Shown: positions 1-14,311 of the stretch, piece after piece
Position numbering within the stretch: the stretch's first letter is position 1
How the letters are laid out: every line of letters starts with the position of its first letter
NCBI GenBank assembly: GCA_964016885.1
Contig: OZ024750.1
Location: 48,856,001 to 48,920,000, forward strand
Source: Eledone cirrhosa
Taxonomy: Eukaryota
Length of the DNA stretch: 64,000 bases
Direction of reading: 5' to 3'
Notes under the pieces: generated by a model
What the model was told of the DNA's origin: nothing
What the model saw: only the letters and a program-made list of their open reading frames with translations
Databases searched by the model: none
Translations under genes and position numbers: made by a program

Positions 1-709
1 TTTAACTGATTTCATGAAAGACTAATTTGTTTTTGAGGAAAATGAAAATCCGCCATTTAAAATGTCATTTTGGAAATAAATAAATATTATATAAAGCGTC
101 TTACATGCACACTCATACTCACACAAATACATGATGAAAATACAACGTTCCTTACAAAATAAATAGACAAACATCTATAGCGGTTGTACTAATATCAGAA
201 TGTAAACAATAATATAGCACACTGATAAAATACACGTGAACCTATTTATAATACTTCTCACGATTGAGTCACTCAGTAGTTTATTATCAAGACACCAAAA
301 TGTCTTACCACCACTTGGTTATAGTATGGTTACTATTAAACACAGGACAAGAATGTCAATAATATAAACAGTTTGATTCTGAAAAAAATAGTGCCGTGAC
401 AACTTCGAAACTTTCAAACACACATGGGTTTCGGATATCATTTTGTCTGAAACTAAGAATAAGAAAATAATAAAGCAATACAAATAGATACTTTAACAAA
501 TATATATGGTTGTGTAATGGAATAGATTAGATTACTTCACTACTTGGCGGTTCTGGTTTCAGTCATGCTGCGCTGGATCAGGGTTAAATGGTTTCTACCA
601 TTTACTCTATCTCACCTTGGAATTGGAATTTGGTAGTCGGAAAATGCTAGTCGAATAAGTTAACTCCGTGTTATATATTGCCTATAGTATTTTGTGTAAA
701 AAAAAAAAA

Positions 710-758
<49 letters not shown>

Positions 759-1331
759 GGTATGTGTGTGGGGATGAGTGTGTGTGTGTGTGTTGCACAT
801 GCTATAAGAGCCACGGAACATGTTCTCTAACGTCAGAAAATATTGTACGTGTTTTGTAGTTTAACAGCTATAAATTAATATTTTGTCTCGTCTTTTACTC
901 CTTTGGACAGCGTTTGGTTTCTGTCAGACGCTGCGACCCTGGATATACCAGCTATACCGTTGGTACAGGTCGAAACTATCCAAGTCAATCTAAAAGGCCA
1001 AAGACATGGAGTTATGTGCTCCTCATTTATATATTTATTTTTAGAAAATAATTTTTTAAGTCTTCCCCTTACAAACATGTTTTAACATTTTGTTTTATTT
1101 GCGTCCATTTATTGGACATGTTACAATCGTTTCTCTGGCGACCAGCTTGAGGCACGATCGATGTGATCTTCGAACATGACTCTGAAAATCGCAAGGTCCT
1201 CAGAGACGTTTTGATTCTACGAAGCAGATTTTCAAAATGTCCTTTTATGTCGATATCCTTTGCCCCTCGGTGTTTGCATAGATACGGCTCTCTAAAACCG
1301 CATTTCTTTTGGAGATACGAAATATTTATAC

Positions 1332-1388
<57 letters not shown>

Positions 1389-1940
1389 AATATACAGCGT
1401 CTCTTCACATATCCGACGGAACTACCTCAGGAACTTACCCACGAATATACACTCACATTTTTGTTCGCACCTCGCCACCCACATCCATACCACATATAAA
1501 CACAAACACACACGTGCGTACCCCCCACATATACACACTCAACCTCCGGAATAGACACGCCATATACCCCAGCCCCTCACCCCTCTCCTTCCACATGCAT
1601 GCACACACCGACTTACACCCCGACCCCCACACACACCTTTTCCTGAAAATGGAACATCGTTCTTCCTAAAACTCTCATATACGCACGCACACACACTCAC
1701 GTACACCTACACACATACACAAACACCACCTTCAGCCTTCTCCGCTCCGACCCCCCGCCTCTCTCTCCCAACTCCACCCGCCAGCACCCTTACACGCCTC
1801 ACACCCTTCCACCACTTGTTCATCTTATTGTTTATTCTTATGTTTACTTTTACGTTTATTTTTATTTTTATTTGTTCTCCTTTCCACTTTTTGCTAAATG
1901 TCTTTCCACACACACCCTCAACTCTCTTCCTAACCTATTT

Positions 1941-1974
1941 ACTCCTGAAGAAGGGCTGATGCCCGAAACGTCAT

Positions 1975-1975
<1 letters not shown>
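1941..1975 (+). ncRNA. Minimal hammerhead ribozyme motif (PLE terminal-repeat type)
   Basis: CTGAAGA-a-GGGC-tgat-GCCC-GAAAC-GTC; stem I not clearly preserved. Confidence 0.7.
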
Positions 1976-2007
<32 letters not shown>

Positions 2008-2071
2008 CAAAAGCGTGAACCTAATAAAACATTATTTTTCTGCCTCTCTGTTTTGTTCCCGTATAACTTTG

Positions 2072-2193
<122 letters not shown>

Positions 2194-2195
2194 AT

Positions 2196-2241
<46 letters not shown>

Positions 2242-2437
2242 TAGAAGGGTTATTTAAATTGCTGGAAATACAACAAATATAAATGTCAGAGCACTCGAGA
2301 TGTTTCTGGAGTAAATATTCGATGATATTAAATAAATGGAAACTATATTTAAAAAAACATATTTATTATATTATATATATTTCAAGATTTCCAAAAAACT
2401 TTGGCTATGTCAACATTTATAAAACACTCTTTGTATT

Positions 2438-2490
2438 TTATCTGATGAAAGCGTACCAAAGTTTTTTGGACCCTTGAAATATATATAATT
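2438..2490 (+). ncRNA. Hammerhead-like motif in an inverted repeat
   Basis: CTGATGA, imperfect stem II (aagcgtacca/tggaccctt), GAAA-TATA-TA; partial inverted copy at about 2370-2405. Confidence 0.5.
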
Positions 2491-2539
2491 AAATAAATAT
2501 GGTTTCATAAATATAGTTTCCATTTATTTAATATCATTG

Positions 2540-2599
<60 letters not shown>

Positions 2600-2737
2600 A
2601 GTGTGTGTGTAATCTGAATGTTTAGAAGATTTATAGTAACATTCAATTCGTTTGCAATCATGCAAATAAGCCTCATTGTTAAAGCCCTGTCTGTAGAATG
2701 AACCCTTCATTCCTGCTGTTGTGTTGGCATGTAAACA

Positions 2738-2787
2738 GAACTGCAGACACTAATGTTTCTAGGTATTACCCTTCATCAGTAGCGCTC
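2738..2787 (-). ncRNA. Type I hammerhead ribozyme, same family as 36046-36095
   Basis: Reverse strand reads CTGATGA-AGGGTAATACCT-A-GAAAC-ATTAGT-GTC-tgcagttc. Confidence 0.7.
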
Positions 2788-2847
2788 ACTTTTCACATGT
2801 CAACTGTCAGAGATATATATAAATATATATATATATATACAATATAC

Positions 2848-2885
<38 letters not shown>

Positions 2886-2893
2886 ATATATAT

Positions 2894-2934
<41 letters not shown>

Positions 2935-4249
2935 TAAACGAAGTATATATATCTCTCTCTCTATATATATATATACAAATCATGCCTTGTATTCCTGTGA
3001 AGACAGAAGTGAAACTGCAGTGTATGAAGATTTATCATTTGGCCATAATAGATAACATATGTGAGTGTGATAATAGATAACATAGGTGTGTGAGTGTGCG
3101 TGCGCATATGTGTCTGGGTAAATGCATATAAAATACATAAAACCGATGTGTAGGAAAGCGAGGGGCAATTAATTATGTTGGTAGGGCATTGTCACGAATA
3201 GGAATTGTTTAATAGCTTCTTTAATATATATATATATATATATCAAGTGAAACAAAACCACCAAACTTGATACAAACCTGTGATAATTAGCCATACACCG
3301 ATTTGATACTATTCATCGATTATCAATATTGCAAAGCCACATTTATATTGATTCCTGTATTTATTGCAACTTCTAAATATATGAAACTTTACAGTTCGAT
3401 AATTATCGAAATCCAATTGTAGGTATAATGAGAATTATCGTTAGTATTTACATTAAATGGTTTGGTGAATTGATTAGACCTGCTATAAATACATGTTATC
3501 TAGTCATCTAGAAATTATCAACTGCTTTCATATTTCCTAAGCCACTTCTCTATATTGGTTGTATAAGAGGGCTTTGTAGTTTTATTCTTTGTGGTGTTTC
3601 TTTTGTTTTTTTTTTGTTTTTTTGTAATGCGTGTGGTTCAGGGCAATATTGGATGAGTGAGGTATGGGCGGATGTGTGGGAGAAGTTAGATTAAAATAAA
3701 ATACGATAAACGACATAACATGTTTCAAATTGGTATTCGTCTATGTTTTGTTTTCTTGTTCGTTTAAATGAAGTTAGAGGTGTAGAAAGAGGGGGTGCTA
3801 GAATGAATGTTAGAATTTCAATTAGTGTTAGGTTTAGAATGTTAAATAGGATTAGGATTAGTTTTAGATTCACCAATGCATTCTAATCAAAATGTTGTTG
3901 TAGGGGTTTTATTATACTGGTTACTCTTAAAGCGACCACCCTAAGCGATGCGTTGACAGTCAATGTTGGGATTATTTATTGCCCCAGAGGGCAGGTTCAT
4001 ATATGTGGAGAAGGAGGGAGGTGGACCTAGGGCGAGAGAGAGAGAGAGCGATAGAGAGAGTGGAATGGATAGAGGGGTTGAGATAGATAGGGGACAGACG
4101 AAAGCTATGGGGTGGGTGTACATTGGGTTCATAGTAGTAATCTGCGAATTGCACTAAGTTTCCATTTATATTGATAAGCAGGTATGGTCTTGTAGTGTGG
4201 GGGAAGAGAAAGTGGTTAGCTAGAAAGCAATGTTATAGTTACGGGTTCG

Positions 4250-4410
4250 AATGTTAAGTTATTTTATAGTGAGAAGATTTAGCTTTCAGTTTGTGGTTGC
4301 AGTATGATGATCGTTCGATTCTATCATTTAGTAATTTATTTTGGGATTTTAAGATGTAAAAGAGTTCAAGGTTACATAACCTACAGTACTTTAATCCAAT
4401 CCTATACCTA
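4250..4410 (-). mobile_element. PLE GIY-YIG C-terminal fragment
   Basis: CRLCNLELFYILK...RSSYCNHK matches the C-terminus of the PLE ORFs at 48579 and 50413. Confidence 0.6.
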
Positions 4411-4721
4411 ATATATATATATGTGTGTGTAGATATATCTACCAAAATATACGGAAGTGTCCAATCCGTATGAAGAACTCAATATAATCCAAATATCGAT
4501 GAAAATCATAGGAAAAAACTGAGTCAAGATAAATTAACAAAAACAATGAATAAAAACAAAGAAACAGTTCCTTATATTAAACAATTCATACTTTTATGAT
4601 CGTTTCTAGGATATATATGTGTGTGTTGGTATGTATATCATCTAGATCTATGTACAAATTTTACAAACTATCAGAGGAAATATACATACCTACACATATA
4701 TATGCTGTCTTCAGAAATAAT

Positions 4722-5043
4722 TGTTTCTACTTTTGGCACAAGGCCAGCAACTCTGCCAGTGTACCCCTGGTACTTTATTTTATCGACGCCGTAAGGATGA
4801 AAGGCAAAGTTATCCTCGGCGGGATTTGAACTCAGATCATGTCTTCAGAAATAATTGTTTCTACTTTTGGCACAAGGCCAGCAAATACCCAGTGTATTAC
4901 TGGTACTTTATTTTATCGACCCCATAAGGATGAAAGGCAAAGTTAACCTCGGCGGGATTTGAACTCAGAATGGCAAGGGCCGTAACTCTATGCGTCAAAG
5001 CATGGCGTCCGACCCTCTACCGATACTGCCAATCCACTGGCCA
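4722..5043 (-). mobile_element. Two tandem copies of a tRNA-derived SINE
   Basis: Matches 45635-45818; the 16-mer TGTCTTCAGAAATAAT occurs at 4706, 4840 and 5044. Confidence 0.9.
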
Positions 5044-5515
5044 TGTCTTCAGAAATAATGATATTTGTTTATTGAACAAAAACAACAAAGATTTAATATA
5101 ATAGGTCTGTTTGGGAACAGGTTTTGAATTGACCAATAGAAAAGTAGTAAGTGGTCAAGTTGATAGAATAGTGGTAGTAGAAATTTAATTTAGGGGTAGA
5201 GGAATGCAGACTTAAATTTTGAATAGAAAGAATACTTTGAATGGAATTATTACTCTGGGGATGAAAATACGTGAAGGCGGTGAAAGCTACACGAAATGTT
5301 GATGTTATTAAAGAATAATGCTAATGTTAAATTCGAGGAGTATAACATTTTAGGTTAAATGAGTTATAGAGAAATACCAATCTAATTTAAAACACAAGGA
5401 ATTTAGATCTATAACAAGAAATTAAATTTAATTTATTGATAGGTATACTTCTAGGGATAAATTTATATTAATTCATATAGATGTGATAAATAAGAGTTAG
5501 ATGTTATTAAATAAT

Positions 5516-5696
5516 TGTTTCTACTTTAGGCACAAGGCCAGCAATTACCCAGTGCATTACTGGTACTTTATTTTATCGACCCCGTAAGGATGAAAGGCAA
5601 AGTCAACCTCGGCTGGATTTGAACTCAGATCGTAAAGGGACGTAACTATGCTGGAAAGCATGACGTCCGACCCTCTACCGATACTGCCAATCCACT
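5516..5696 (-). mobile_element. tRNA-derived SINE
   Basis: Near-identical to 45635-45818; the empty site is visible in the inverted arm at about 7990-8015. Confidence 0.9.
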
Positions 5697-8629
5697 GTTG
5701 TTAAAAACGAAGGAAAAAACATTTTGGGGGATAAATGTATTAGTGAGAAATAACAAAGTTATATAGATCACAAGGAATTTAGATTCATAAGAGGAAATTA
5801 AAATAGTTTATATGTATACGTATAGGTATTAATTTTAGGAAAAGAGAGCTGTAAAAGGGAAATAAAATTATGAAGTTCTCAGTAATTAAATAATAATTAT
5901 ATGTTAACTAAATTTTAAAAAAAACTAATTATAATAATTTGTAAAATATAAGTGTAAGGTGTATATTAATTAAGTTTATAATATTTGAAAGTTCTTCTAA
6001 TTCTATGATTGCACGATACAATTAATTCTTGTCGCTTATTTAATAGGATATCCTTAGATTTCATTAATGGATAATTTCCTTTCTTTCTACAGTTACAACC
6101 TTTCGTGAACATTATATCAGGTGACTTAGTCAAATTTGGTGTGGAATTTACTCGACTCGTTATATGTGAAGGAGATGGTGTTTCGTTGTGGTTTATTTTA
6201 GTACTATGGTTGGTTTGATGTGTTGGTGGTATATATATTTTTTTTTAACATTTATATGCATTGTAGGCACTTATATTTTGTTGTATATTTTTGGTAGTGG
6301 AGTAGGAAAATTTGACCGTTGATCTATTTAAAATTTGATGGTATTTATAGTTTGGCGGGAAGTCTTTCTCTAGGATAGTAAAAAAAATGTTTAGGGATAT
6401 CTTTAATCTGTAGATTAAATGGAGCATTATACCAGGTAACTCGTCTATTACGGTTTCAATGTTGTTTTATATATTTCTACGATGTATCTGGACGTTTACT
6501 AAGAGAGTTAGTATTAGTGAATTTATTATATATAGGGTAAGTTAGATTAACCGATTTAGATGTTTTAGTCTGATTATTAGTAATTTTGTTAGTAATATTA
6601 TTAACGTATATTGGAGTATTAGGATGAATGGTTTTTTGAAAGTTATTATATTGTATGTGAGAAGAGGTAGAGAAATTTAGGGTTATAGTGTGAGTGGCAT
6701 TCAGGTGTGTGCTTTTCATTTGGCGTTTGTTGGTAATATTGGGTTGTACGTTTGAAGTATTATTGGTACAAGGTATGTAGACTAATTTGTTTTTGTGGCC
6801 GCTTCTAGCTAAAGCTTCTTTATAAAAGGTCACATTTTTTATCGAATACATCCTGGTTAGATGAAAGATTAGAAATTCTCAGTGAGATATTATATGCTAG
6901 GTTTTTAAGGATATATCTAGGGTGATTGGATTGTGAGTGTATGTAATGTAAGTTTTGGTTAGGTTGATGGTAAGGTTGTTAGATACCTGTAGATATGTCT
7001 AAAGTTATATCAAGGAAATTAACTACTTTACTGGTGTTTTCAAATGTAATAGTGATACTATAATAGTCTTTGAGGAAAGTTCTAATAAGTTTTTTATAAT
7101 TTTCAATTTCTGATAGGCTAAGGTTAGTGGAAAGAAGAAGACAGTCATCACGATATAAACCCACTTTAAGGTGGGGAAAAGAAGCATTTATGTTAAATAG
7201 AAGAAATAGGCCCACAAGATCGGTAATTTGGGCAGAATCACTAGAGCCCATATTAATGTCGAATATATTACTTATGTATTTCTGGTCCAGTATTCCTTCT
7301 GAAGGAATACTGGACCAGAAATACATATAGGAAATTGCCCATTAAAAGGAAATTGTCTTATTAATAGCATAGTATATAAATGTAAATTAGCACTAAGTAC
7401 TCAACTTATTTTTATATAGGTGCTAGTTCTAACCAATTTAAAGTAAGATTTAATACCCACAAACATAGTTTTAAAAATGCCGCATTAGCTAATACAACAT
7501 CCTTGGCTGAAATATTTAATAATTATAGAAAAAAGAATTTCGATTATAACCTGGCCTGGAGTGTGCTCAAAAGAGCCACCCCTTATCAAAATAACAGGTA
7601 TGAGTGTAGATTATATTCCCAGGAACTTTGTAAAATAATGAAATCTAAGGATATCCTATTAAATAAGCAACAAGAATTAATTATATCGTGCAATTATAGA
7701 AATAGAAGAACTTTCAAATATTATAAACCTAATTAATATACACCTTATACTTATATTTTACAAAATATTATAATTATTTTTTTATTTAGTTAACATATAA
7801 TTAGTATTTTACTACTGGGAACATCATCATTTTATTTCCCTTTTACAGCTCTCTTTTCCTAAAATTAAAACCTGTAAGTATACATATAAACTATTTTAAT
7901 TTCCTCTTATGGTTTTAAATTCCTTGTAGTCTATATAAGTTTGTTATTTCTCACTAATACATTTATACCCCAACATTTTTTTCCTTCGTTTTTAACAACA
8001 TTATTTAATAACATCTAACTCTTATTTGTCACATATATATGAATTAATATAAATTTCTCCCTATAAGTCTACCTATCAATTAAATAAATTTATTTTCTTG
8101 TTATTGATCTAAAATCCTTGTGTTTTATATAAAATTGGTATTTCTCACTAACACATTTACCCTAAAATGTTATTCGCCTTCCATTAACATTATTCTTTAA
8201 TAACATCAAATTTTCGTGTACCTTTAACCGGCTTGACGTATTTTCATCCCGAAAGTAATCTTTTCATTCAAAATATTCTTTCTATTCAAAATTTAAGTCT
8301 GCATTCCTCTACACCTAAATTAAATTTCTACTACTATTATTCTATCAACTTGACCACTTATTACTTTTCTATTGGTCAATTCAAAACCTGTTCCCAAACA
8401 GACCTATTATATTAAATCTTTGTTGGTTATTTTTCAATAAACAAATATAATTATTTCTGAAGACAGCATATATATGTGTAGGTATGTATATTTCCTGTGA
8501 GAGTTTGTAAATTGTTTACATAGATCTATATGATATACATATCAACACACACATATATATATATCCTCAAAACGATCGTAAATGATGAATTTTTTTCATA
8601 TAAGGAACAGTTTCTTTGTTTTTATTCAC

Positions 8630-8680
<51 letters not shown>

Positions 8681-8694
8681 AGTTAAAAAAAAAA

Positions 8695-8795
8695 TGAAAA
8701 CGAAATTTCATTTCTCACTCTTAGTATGGCACTTACTTAAATGTAAGTATGTATGTATACGTACATACATATATGTATACAGACGTACAGTAGCA

Positions 8796-8879
<84 letters not shown>

Positions 8880-9075
8880 TACATACAGGTACACATACAT
8901 ACATGCACGCATCAGTTTAGCGGACGCTTATTATTAAAAAAAAAGTGACGTGGTTGCCTTAACACCGTATGGCATAAATTCAGGCTGTTCAGTTTGTTTA
9001 CAAACGAACAAAGCGGCGTTATAATAAGCGTCCGCTAAACTGATACGTGCATATATGTATGTGTACCTGTATGTA

Positions 9076-9117
<42 letters not shown>

Positions 9118-9175
9118 TGCTACTGTACGTCTGTATACATATATGTATGTACGTATACATACATACTTACATTTA
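8695..9175. repeat. Inverted repeat of a dispersed family, containing (TA)n
   Basis: Arms at about 8735-8935 and 9020-9175 are reverse complements; related sequence at 32660-32850 and 46500-46560. Confidence 0.75.
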
Positions 9176-9219
9176 TATATATATATATATATATGTATAT
9201 ATAATTTATATATAATTTA

Positions 9220-9299
<80 letters not shown>

Positions 9300-9443
9300 C
9301 ATACATATATATATATATATGTCTGTGTGTGTGTGCGTGTGTGTCTGTATGTGTGTGTATAATGTAAACAGAAATAATAACTCAATCGGTACCGCGTATA
9401 GAAGGAATATATTAGGTTAACGCTTGATATAGCAGGGAGAGGG

Positions 9444-10470
9444 TCTTAACGTTTCGTATGCTAATCCTTCATCAAAAGAAAGAATGACGAATAAAATAGA
9501 TTGATGGGACTTCTGGTGTGGAATTGGAAAAAATATCTTTAGATAAAAATAACAGGTCTATTCATGTTGACATTTCTTGATGGTGGCGTTATGTGTTTGA
9601 TATATCTTTTTAGAAAAGTGACTGATGGAGCAGATCTACCTGAAATGGAGAAAAACGCGTTTTGTAGAAAGAGCTATATCTCTGCGCATGCGTATGTGTG
9701 TTGTGGGGGGGGGGGGTTATTATACGTTCGTACGAAGTTAAGAAGATATATGTGTATATATAAATAAAAGTGTGTGTGTGTGCGTGTGTGTGCTTGTAAG
9801 TACGAAGTAAAAAGCAAAATTATGTTAACATAAGTGTGTTTTTGTATACAGAGCTTTGAAGGGAAAAGTGGGGTGTGCATATTTAATTTGTCTGTATTGG
9901 TTGTAAGTGTATATGTTTCGGACCATAAGAAGGCCATATGAATCTATGGGTGAATGTACAAGCGCGTGTTTGATAACGGACGGGGCATCACATACATTGG
10001 GAAGAGAAATTGAGTGCATGAGAGAAACAGGACCCAAGGAGGTAAATCAGACTCTGTCCGTCCTTCTGTGCGATCCCTGTGATCCATGGCGTAAAAGGCC
10101 ACACAAGACTGAAATATGTAAGGAAGAGTGATCAGGAGAACGGAAAAAACGGGTGATAGGTGTATCCCAAACGAGTCGTATGTCCCTCAAATGATAAGCA
10201 CAAAGGTCCGCCAAACAGCGGCCCGTTTGTTAGATGTATAAAGACCCGCAAAGTGAACATTGGAAGAGCATAGACAACGTGGGTGGATGTGCAGGTGAAG
10301 GATTGGCGCATACGGAATGACCCGTTCCAGCCTTGGAGAGTGGTGAAGGTGGAAATGAAAAGAGAAGTGTTGCAGCGGGGACTAAAACAAGGATGAGAGT
10401 CGGGTGGAGTCGTAGGAGAGAACAAGAAGGAACTGCGTACCAGGACGTCAGGCGCACTTGAATACATTAA
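9444..10470 (-). mobile_element. Neptune-type PLE 3' fragment with downstream degenerate hammerhead (9444-9478)
   Basis: HPCFSPRC..FTCTSTHVVYAL / QCSLCGSLYI GIY-YIG remnants; tctt-TTGATGA...GAAACGTT-aaga. Confidence 0.7.
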
Positions 10471-10713
10471 TAGGCGGGCTAGGAAAAAACGAGAAGTGAT
10501 GAGGTCAGAAGAGAGGGGGTGTAAGGAACGGATGATATATCGCAGGAGTAGGAGGCTGATGGGGTGGTAGGGGAAAGGGAAAGAAAGGCGGGCACTGGGA
10601 GGGGGCTGGTGAGGTGGGAGGGCTGTGGTGGATTTTCACCCTTAAAGTGGATACACACCCGGAGAATAGCTCAACTTCCACCAGGAAATCTTTACGTATC
10701 ACTGTTTTTGTAT

Positions 10714-10744
<31 letters not shown>

Positions 10745-11850
10745 CTAGCAGATCTACTCGGCGTTGTCCAGGGCTTGAAATTATGCTAAGAATATATAGC
10801 TAGTAAGTAAAAGGAAAAAATTATTTTTCCCCCAACCTGTCAAAATAACCAGAAGTCTTCAATAAATAATTGTTTCTACTTTAGGCACAAGGCCAGCAAT
10901 TACCCAGTGCATTACTGGTACTTTATGTTATCGACCCCGTAAGGATGAAAGGCAAAGTCAACCTCGACGGGATTTGAACTCAGATCGTAAAGGGACGTAA
11001 CTATGCTGGAAAGCATGGCGTCCGACCCTCTACCGATACTGCCAATTCACCGCCCTTCAATAAATAATGCAAATGAATATTTAGTGCAATCTTCGTACAC
11101 ATACAACTATGTTGATAATGAAGGAAAACACTGAACAGGATGTAGTTATACAAATGATTAAAGACAATACACGTTGCAAATCTGTAAAAAGCAGCGGTTT
11201 TGCTAAAGTACAAAAAGTTGTAATGAAAGCAGAGTTGTATACAAAATAAAAGACAATGAGAGTAGAATAAGAGAGCATCCTTTGCTCGGCATCGTTACAT
11301 TTTGAACTTATAATCCAAAATATCCTGCATGGCATATTCATTGGTATGTTTTGTAATGAGTAAGGTGAAGTCAAGGCAGAGCTGTAATAAGTGTTTTTGT
11401 TAACACTAAAGCACTTCAGGATAGACGATATTCTTTGTTTTTCTTTTCGGTACAAACGCAAAGAGATTATCTCTACTGCCAACACATGAGCAGGCAACGT
11501 AGAATTGTCCGTGCGAAAAGCAAGGTTCATCGAAGTGAATTCCAGCGACGGACAGAGTTTGACCTTGCGACTTGTTTATGGACATCGCAAAGGCAACACG
11601 AAGAGGAAATTGGGAGTATCCACGCCTGATGTAGTCAGGCTAATTTTTGTTATTATCACATCTCTTGCCTTTTCCACATCCGGATAGAATGGTAGCATCA
11701 ATACTAAGTGGAGACAGTTTTTTAACCACAAGGCGTGTAAAAGCTCTGCAGGAATTGTCATGTATTGTTCTATTCATTTCACTGGAAATACTGTGGCCGA
11801 CCAAGGTGTGTCGAAAAATCTTTTCCCCAAAATGCCTATGTCTCAAAGCA
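10745..11850 (-). mobile_element. Helitron remnant
   Basis: 3' hairpin plus CTAG end at 10745-10775; Pif1-like peptide TRLVVKKLSPLSIDATILSGCGKG at about 11660-11740. Upstream boundary uncertain. Confidence 0.65.
10871..11054 (-). mobile_element. Full-length tRNA-derived SINE with 14-bp TSD
   Basis: TSD CTTCAATAAATAAT at 10857-10870 and 11055-11068. Confidence 0.92.
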
Positions 11851-13529
11851 GAGACGGTTTGATTAAGGAGTGATATTGTTTCTCATTCAACTATGAAAGT
11901 ATCCCCTAATAAATATATATCCCCTTGATGGAATCAGTGTTTGAGACGAATAGCCAGTCAAATTATAATTGTTGCTACATGAACGTGCAGTCTACCACAG
12001 TATCTGTCTACACTATGTCGTGACATGGCCTATCAACGAGTTAGTGCTGGGCTTAGCGTTGGGCTTAGAGTTGTAAATGCGCAGGCAGCTCGCATGCTGA
12101 ATTGTAAATAATAAGGTATACCAAACGCTGCAATACGAGATATACTGTGAAGTTAATTGTCTATTACCCGATAAACCACACTCATATATGTAAATGACTT
12201 GGTAGGCTGCAGGGTGAAATGTTAATGACCAGGTAACCAGTACGATGATTGTAAATGATAAGGTATACCGCAGGATAAAGTGTACTTGACCATGATGATT
12301 TTATTTTGTTTATTTTATAAACAAAATGCAACAGTTTGAAAAACGGTAATTGTTAGTTAAATGCTTTAACCAACACTGTATATTCAAACGATATTTGTCA
12401 AACGAAAATAAGCGATAAATATTGATGTGATCAATCTCAAACTAAATTGAAATGCTAATAAAATAAAGATAATTCTTTGATATTTAAGTGATGGCTTTCT
12501 TTTCACATCTTTTACTTTTCCTAATATTATTTTGTTATGGAAGGTCTTGTGTATTCGTATTAAGTTTTGATAAAAACAGAAAGCATTTGAGTAATGTAAA
12601 ACGTCAGGTCAACAGCCTTAATTTTCCAAGTGAAATTTAGTTAGGCACTGTTAAGTTTAATCTTGTAATCCTATTCATCATTTGTAGATGTTTATTAAAA
12701 TTCATGTACAGCAGAGTGTAGTAATGCTCAAACTTATTTTTACCAATATTTTCTTATCTCTATTCTGAAGCGTCTTTAGACTTTCCTTTCCAGAAAATTT
12801 AAAATTTTGATTAGTTCACTGAATTTTATTTTTCTTAGATTTGTTTCGATATTTTTTTTTATTTTTTGCGTGTGTTTTTTTTAATTACAAAGAAGTAAAT
12901 TTTATTACCGGTATTTCTAGCAGTACTTATTTGTATGTATATGTTCTTCTTTCGATTTAATTTCTTATTTACGTCTTTATTTTGATTAAGATTCATATGA
13001 GAGAACTTGAAATTCTGCGGTGAAACTTAGGTTTAATTAATGATTATGTTTATTGACAAGTTATTCAACTCTTTATCTTCCTATAGTTTCTTATTCTTCT
13101 CTAACGAATATAAACATTTTGCGAAAACAAAAATCTTCCTCTGCATGAAAAGAAACAGAATCTGCATCGTATTGTGTAGTATATATTTACATTTTAAATC
13201 CCGAAAACTATAGGAAAAGGAATGGTCTGTCGCGATACCTATTCCTAAATTGGAGGGGTATCGTAGAGGATTATTAGATATTATCAAGTTGTCTGCTCTT
13301 TGTCGAGCATTGCACGAGACATCTCAACACGACACTGTCAGAAGAGCTGATCCAAGCACACTTTCAAGCCTGGTATATTATTGTTAAACCATGTAAACTT
13401 ACCGGATGTATGTGTGTGTGTGTCTTTGTGAGACGTGGTGTGTGTGTGTATGTGTGCATATGTGTATGCATGTGTGTGTATATATATGTATCTATGTATG
13501 CATGTGTGTATATATGTATGTATGTATGT

Positions 13530-14270
13530 TACGTCAGGTCGCTATCGAGTGCTACTGGTCACCCAGTACAACCTGTCTCATGGTCGGATAGACGGTGACC
13601 ACATCGGCAACCTCACCAAGCTAGCTGCGTGAGGAAGGTGATATTTGAACACTCAGCGGGATGAAATACAAGATCCGGCAAACGGCGGAAGAGCTCAGCA
13701 GAGTCAACGGCCATACAAAGAGTAATTACACAGTACTTACACAGTAATTACACAAAGAGTACTTACACTGATTTTGAAAAGAGTAGTGGAAGAGATGATA
13801 AACTCCAACAGACAACTGGCTCTAGTTTTTGATACCTTTGACAGCATAAACAGAGACATTCTGTTTGAAATTCTACCCTTGCATGGAACACCAGCAAGAG
13901 TTATCGAAGCACTTAAGGCACTGTTTCTCAACACGAGTGCCACTATCGTCACACTTGTTGCCCCAACAAAGATCGTCGACATTATCATGTTACTAGACTA
14001 CGCCCTGAGATTCTCAATTGACAAAATCAATAACAAATGTATAATCATCAAACCCCGCATAAGCTCTACCCCCCCCCCCTCTAAACATCTCACTGGCCTT
14101 GACTTTGCAGATGACATTGCACTTCTTGCAGATTGCCTAAACAATGCGCAACAACTTTTAACATCTCTCCAACTAGCAGCCACACTCGTTGGCCTTTATC
14201 TCAACGAGGGTAAAACAGAGTAGATATCAAACTGTACAGGCAACAGCATCAAAGCAATTAACGCCAGTGA
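13530..14270 (+). mobile_element. RTE-like LINE RT fragment
   Basis: FDSINR..L..HGTP and LDFADDIALLA...VGLYLNEGKTE. Confidence 0.8.
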
Positions 14271-14311
14271 CTACATTTAAAAAGAACAGTATGACAGCAT
14301 AGCAGACCCAA

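Larger units (their letters stand above)
4540..8635. mobile_element. Penelope-like element with long inverted arms: RT on - (about 6110-7270), GIY-YIG on + (about 7330-7736)
   Basis: MGS..SAQITDLVGL, GLYRDD, VNFLDITLD, KDFPPNYKYHQILNRSTVKFSYS on -; AWSVLKRA..ECRL..SCNYR on +. Arms at about 4540-6110 and 7590-8635 are reverse complements; the right arm ends at (TA)n. Confidence 0.85.

Noticed and set aside
875-1330. Possible coding or transposase fragment on the minus strand
   Set aside because: No motif I can recognise with confidence; it needs a translated search.
4706-5059. CRISPR-like repeat-spacer pattern
   Set aside because: The spacers are SINE copies, the repeats are TSDs, the context is eukaryotic and there are no cas genes.
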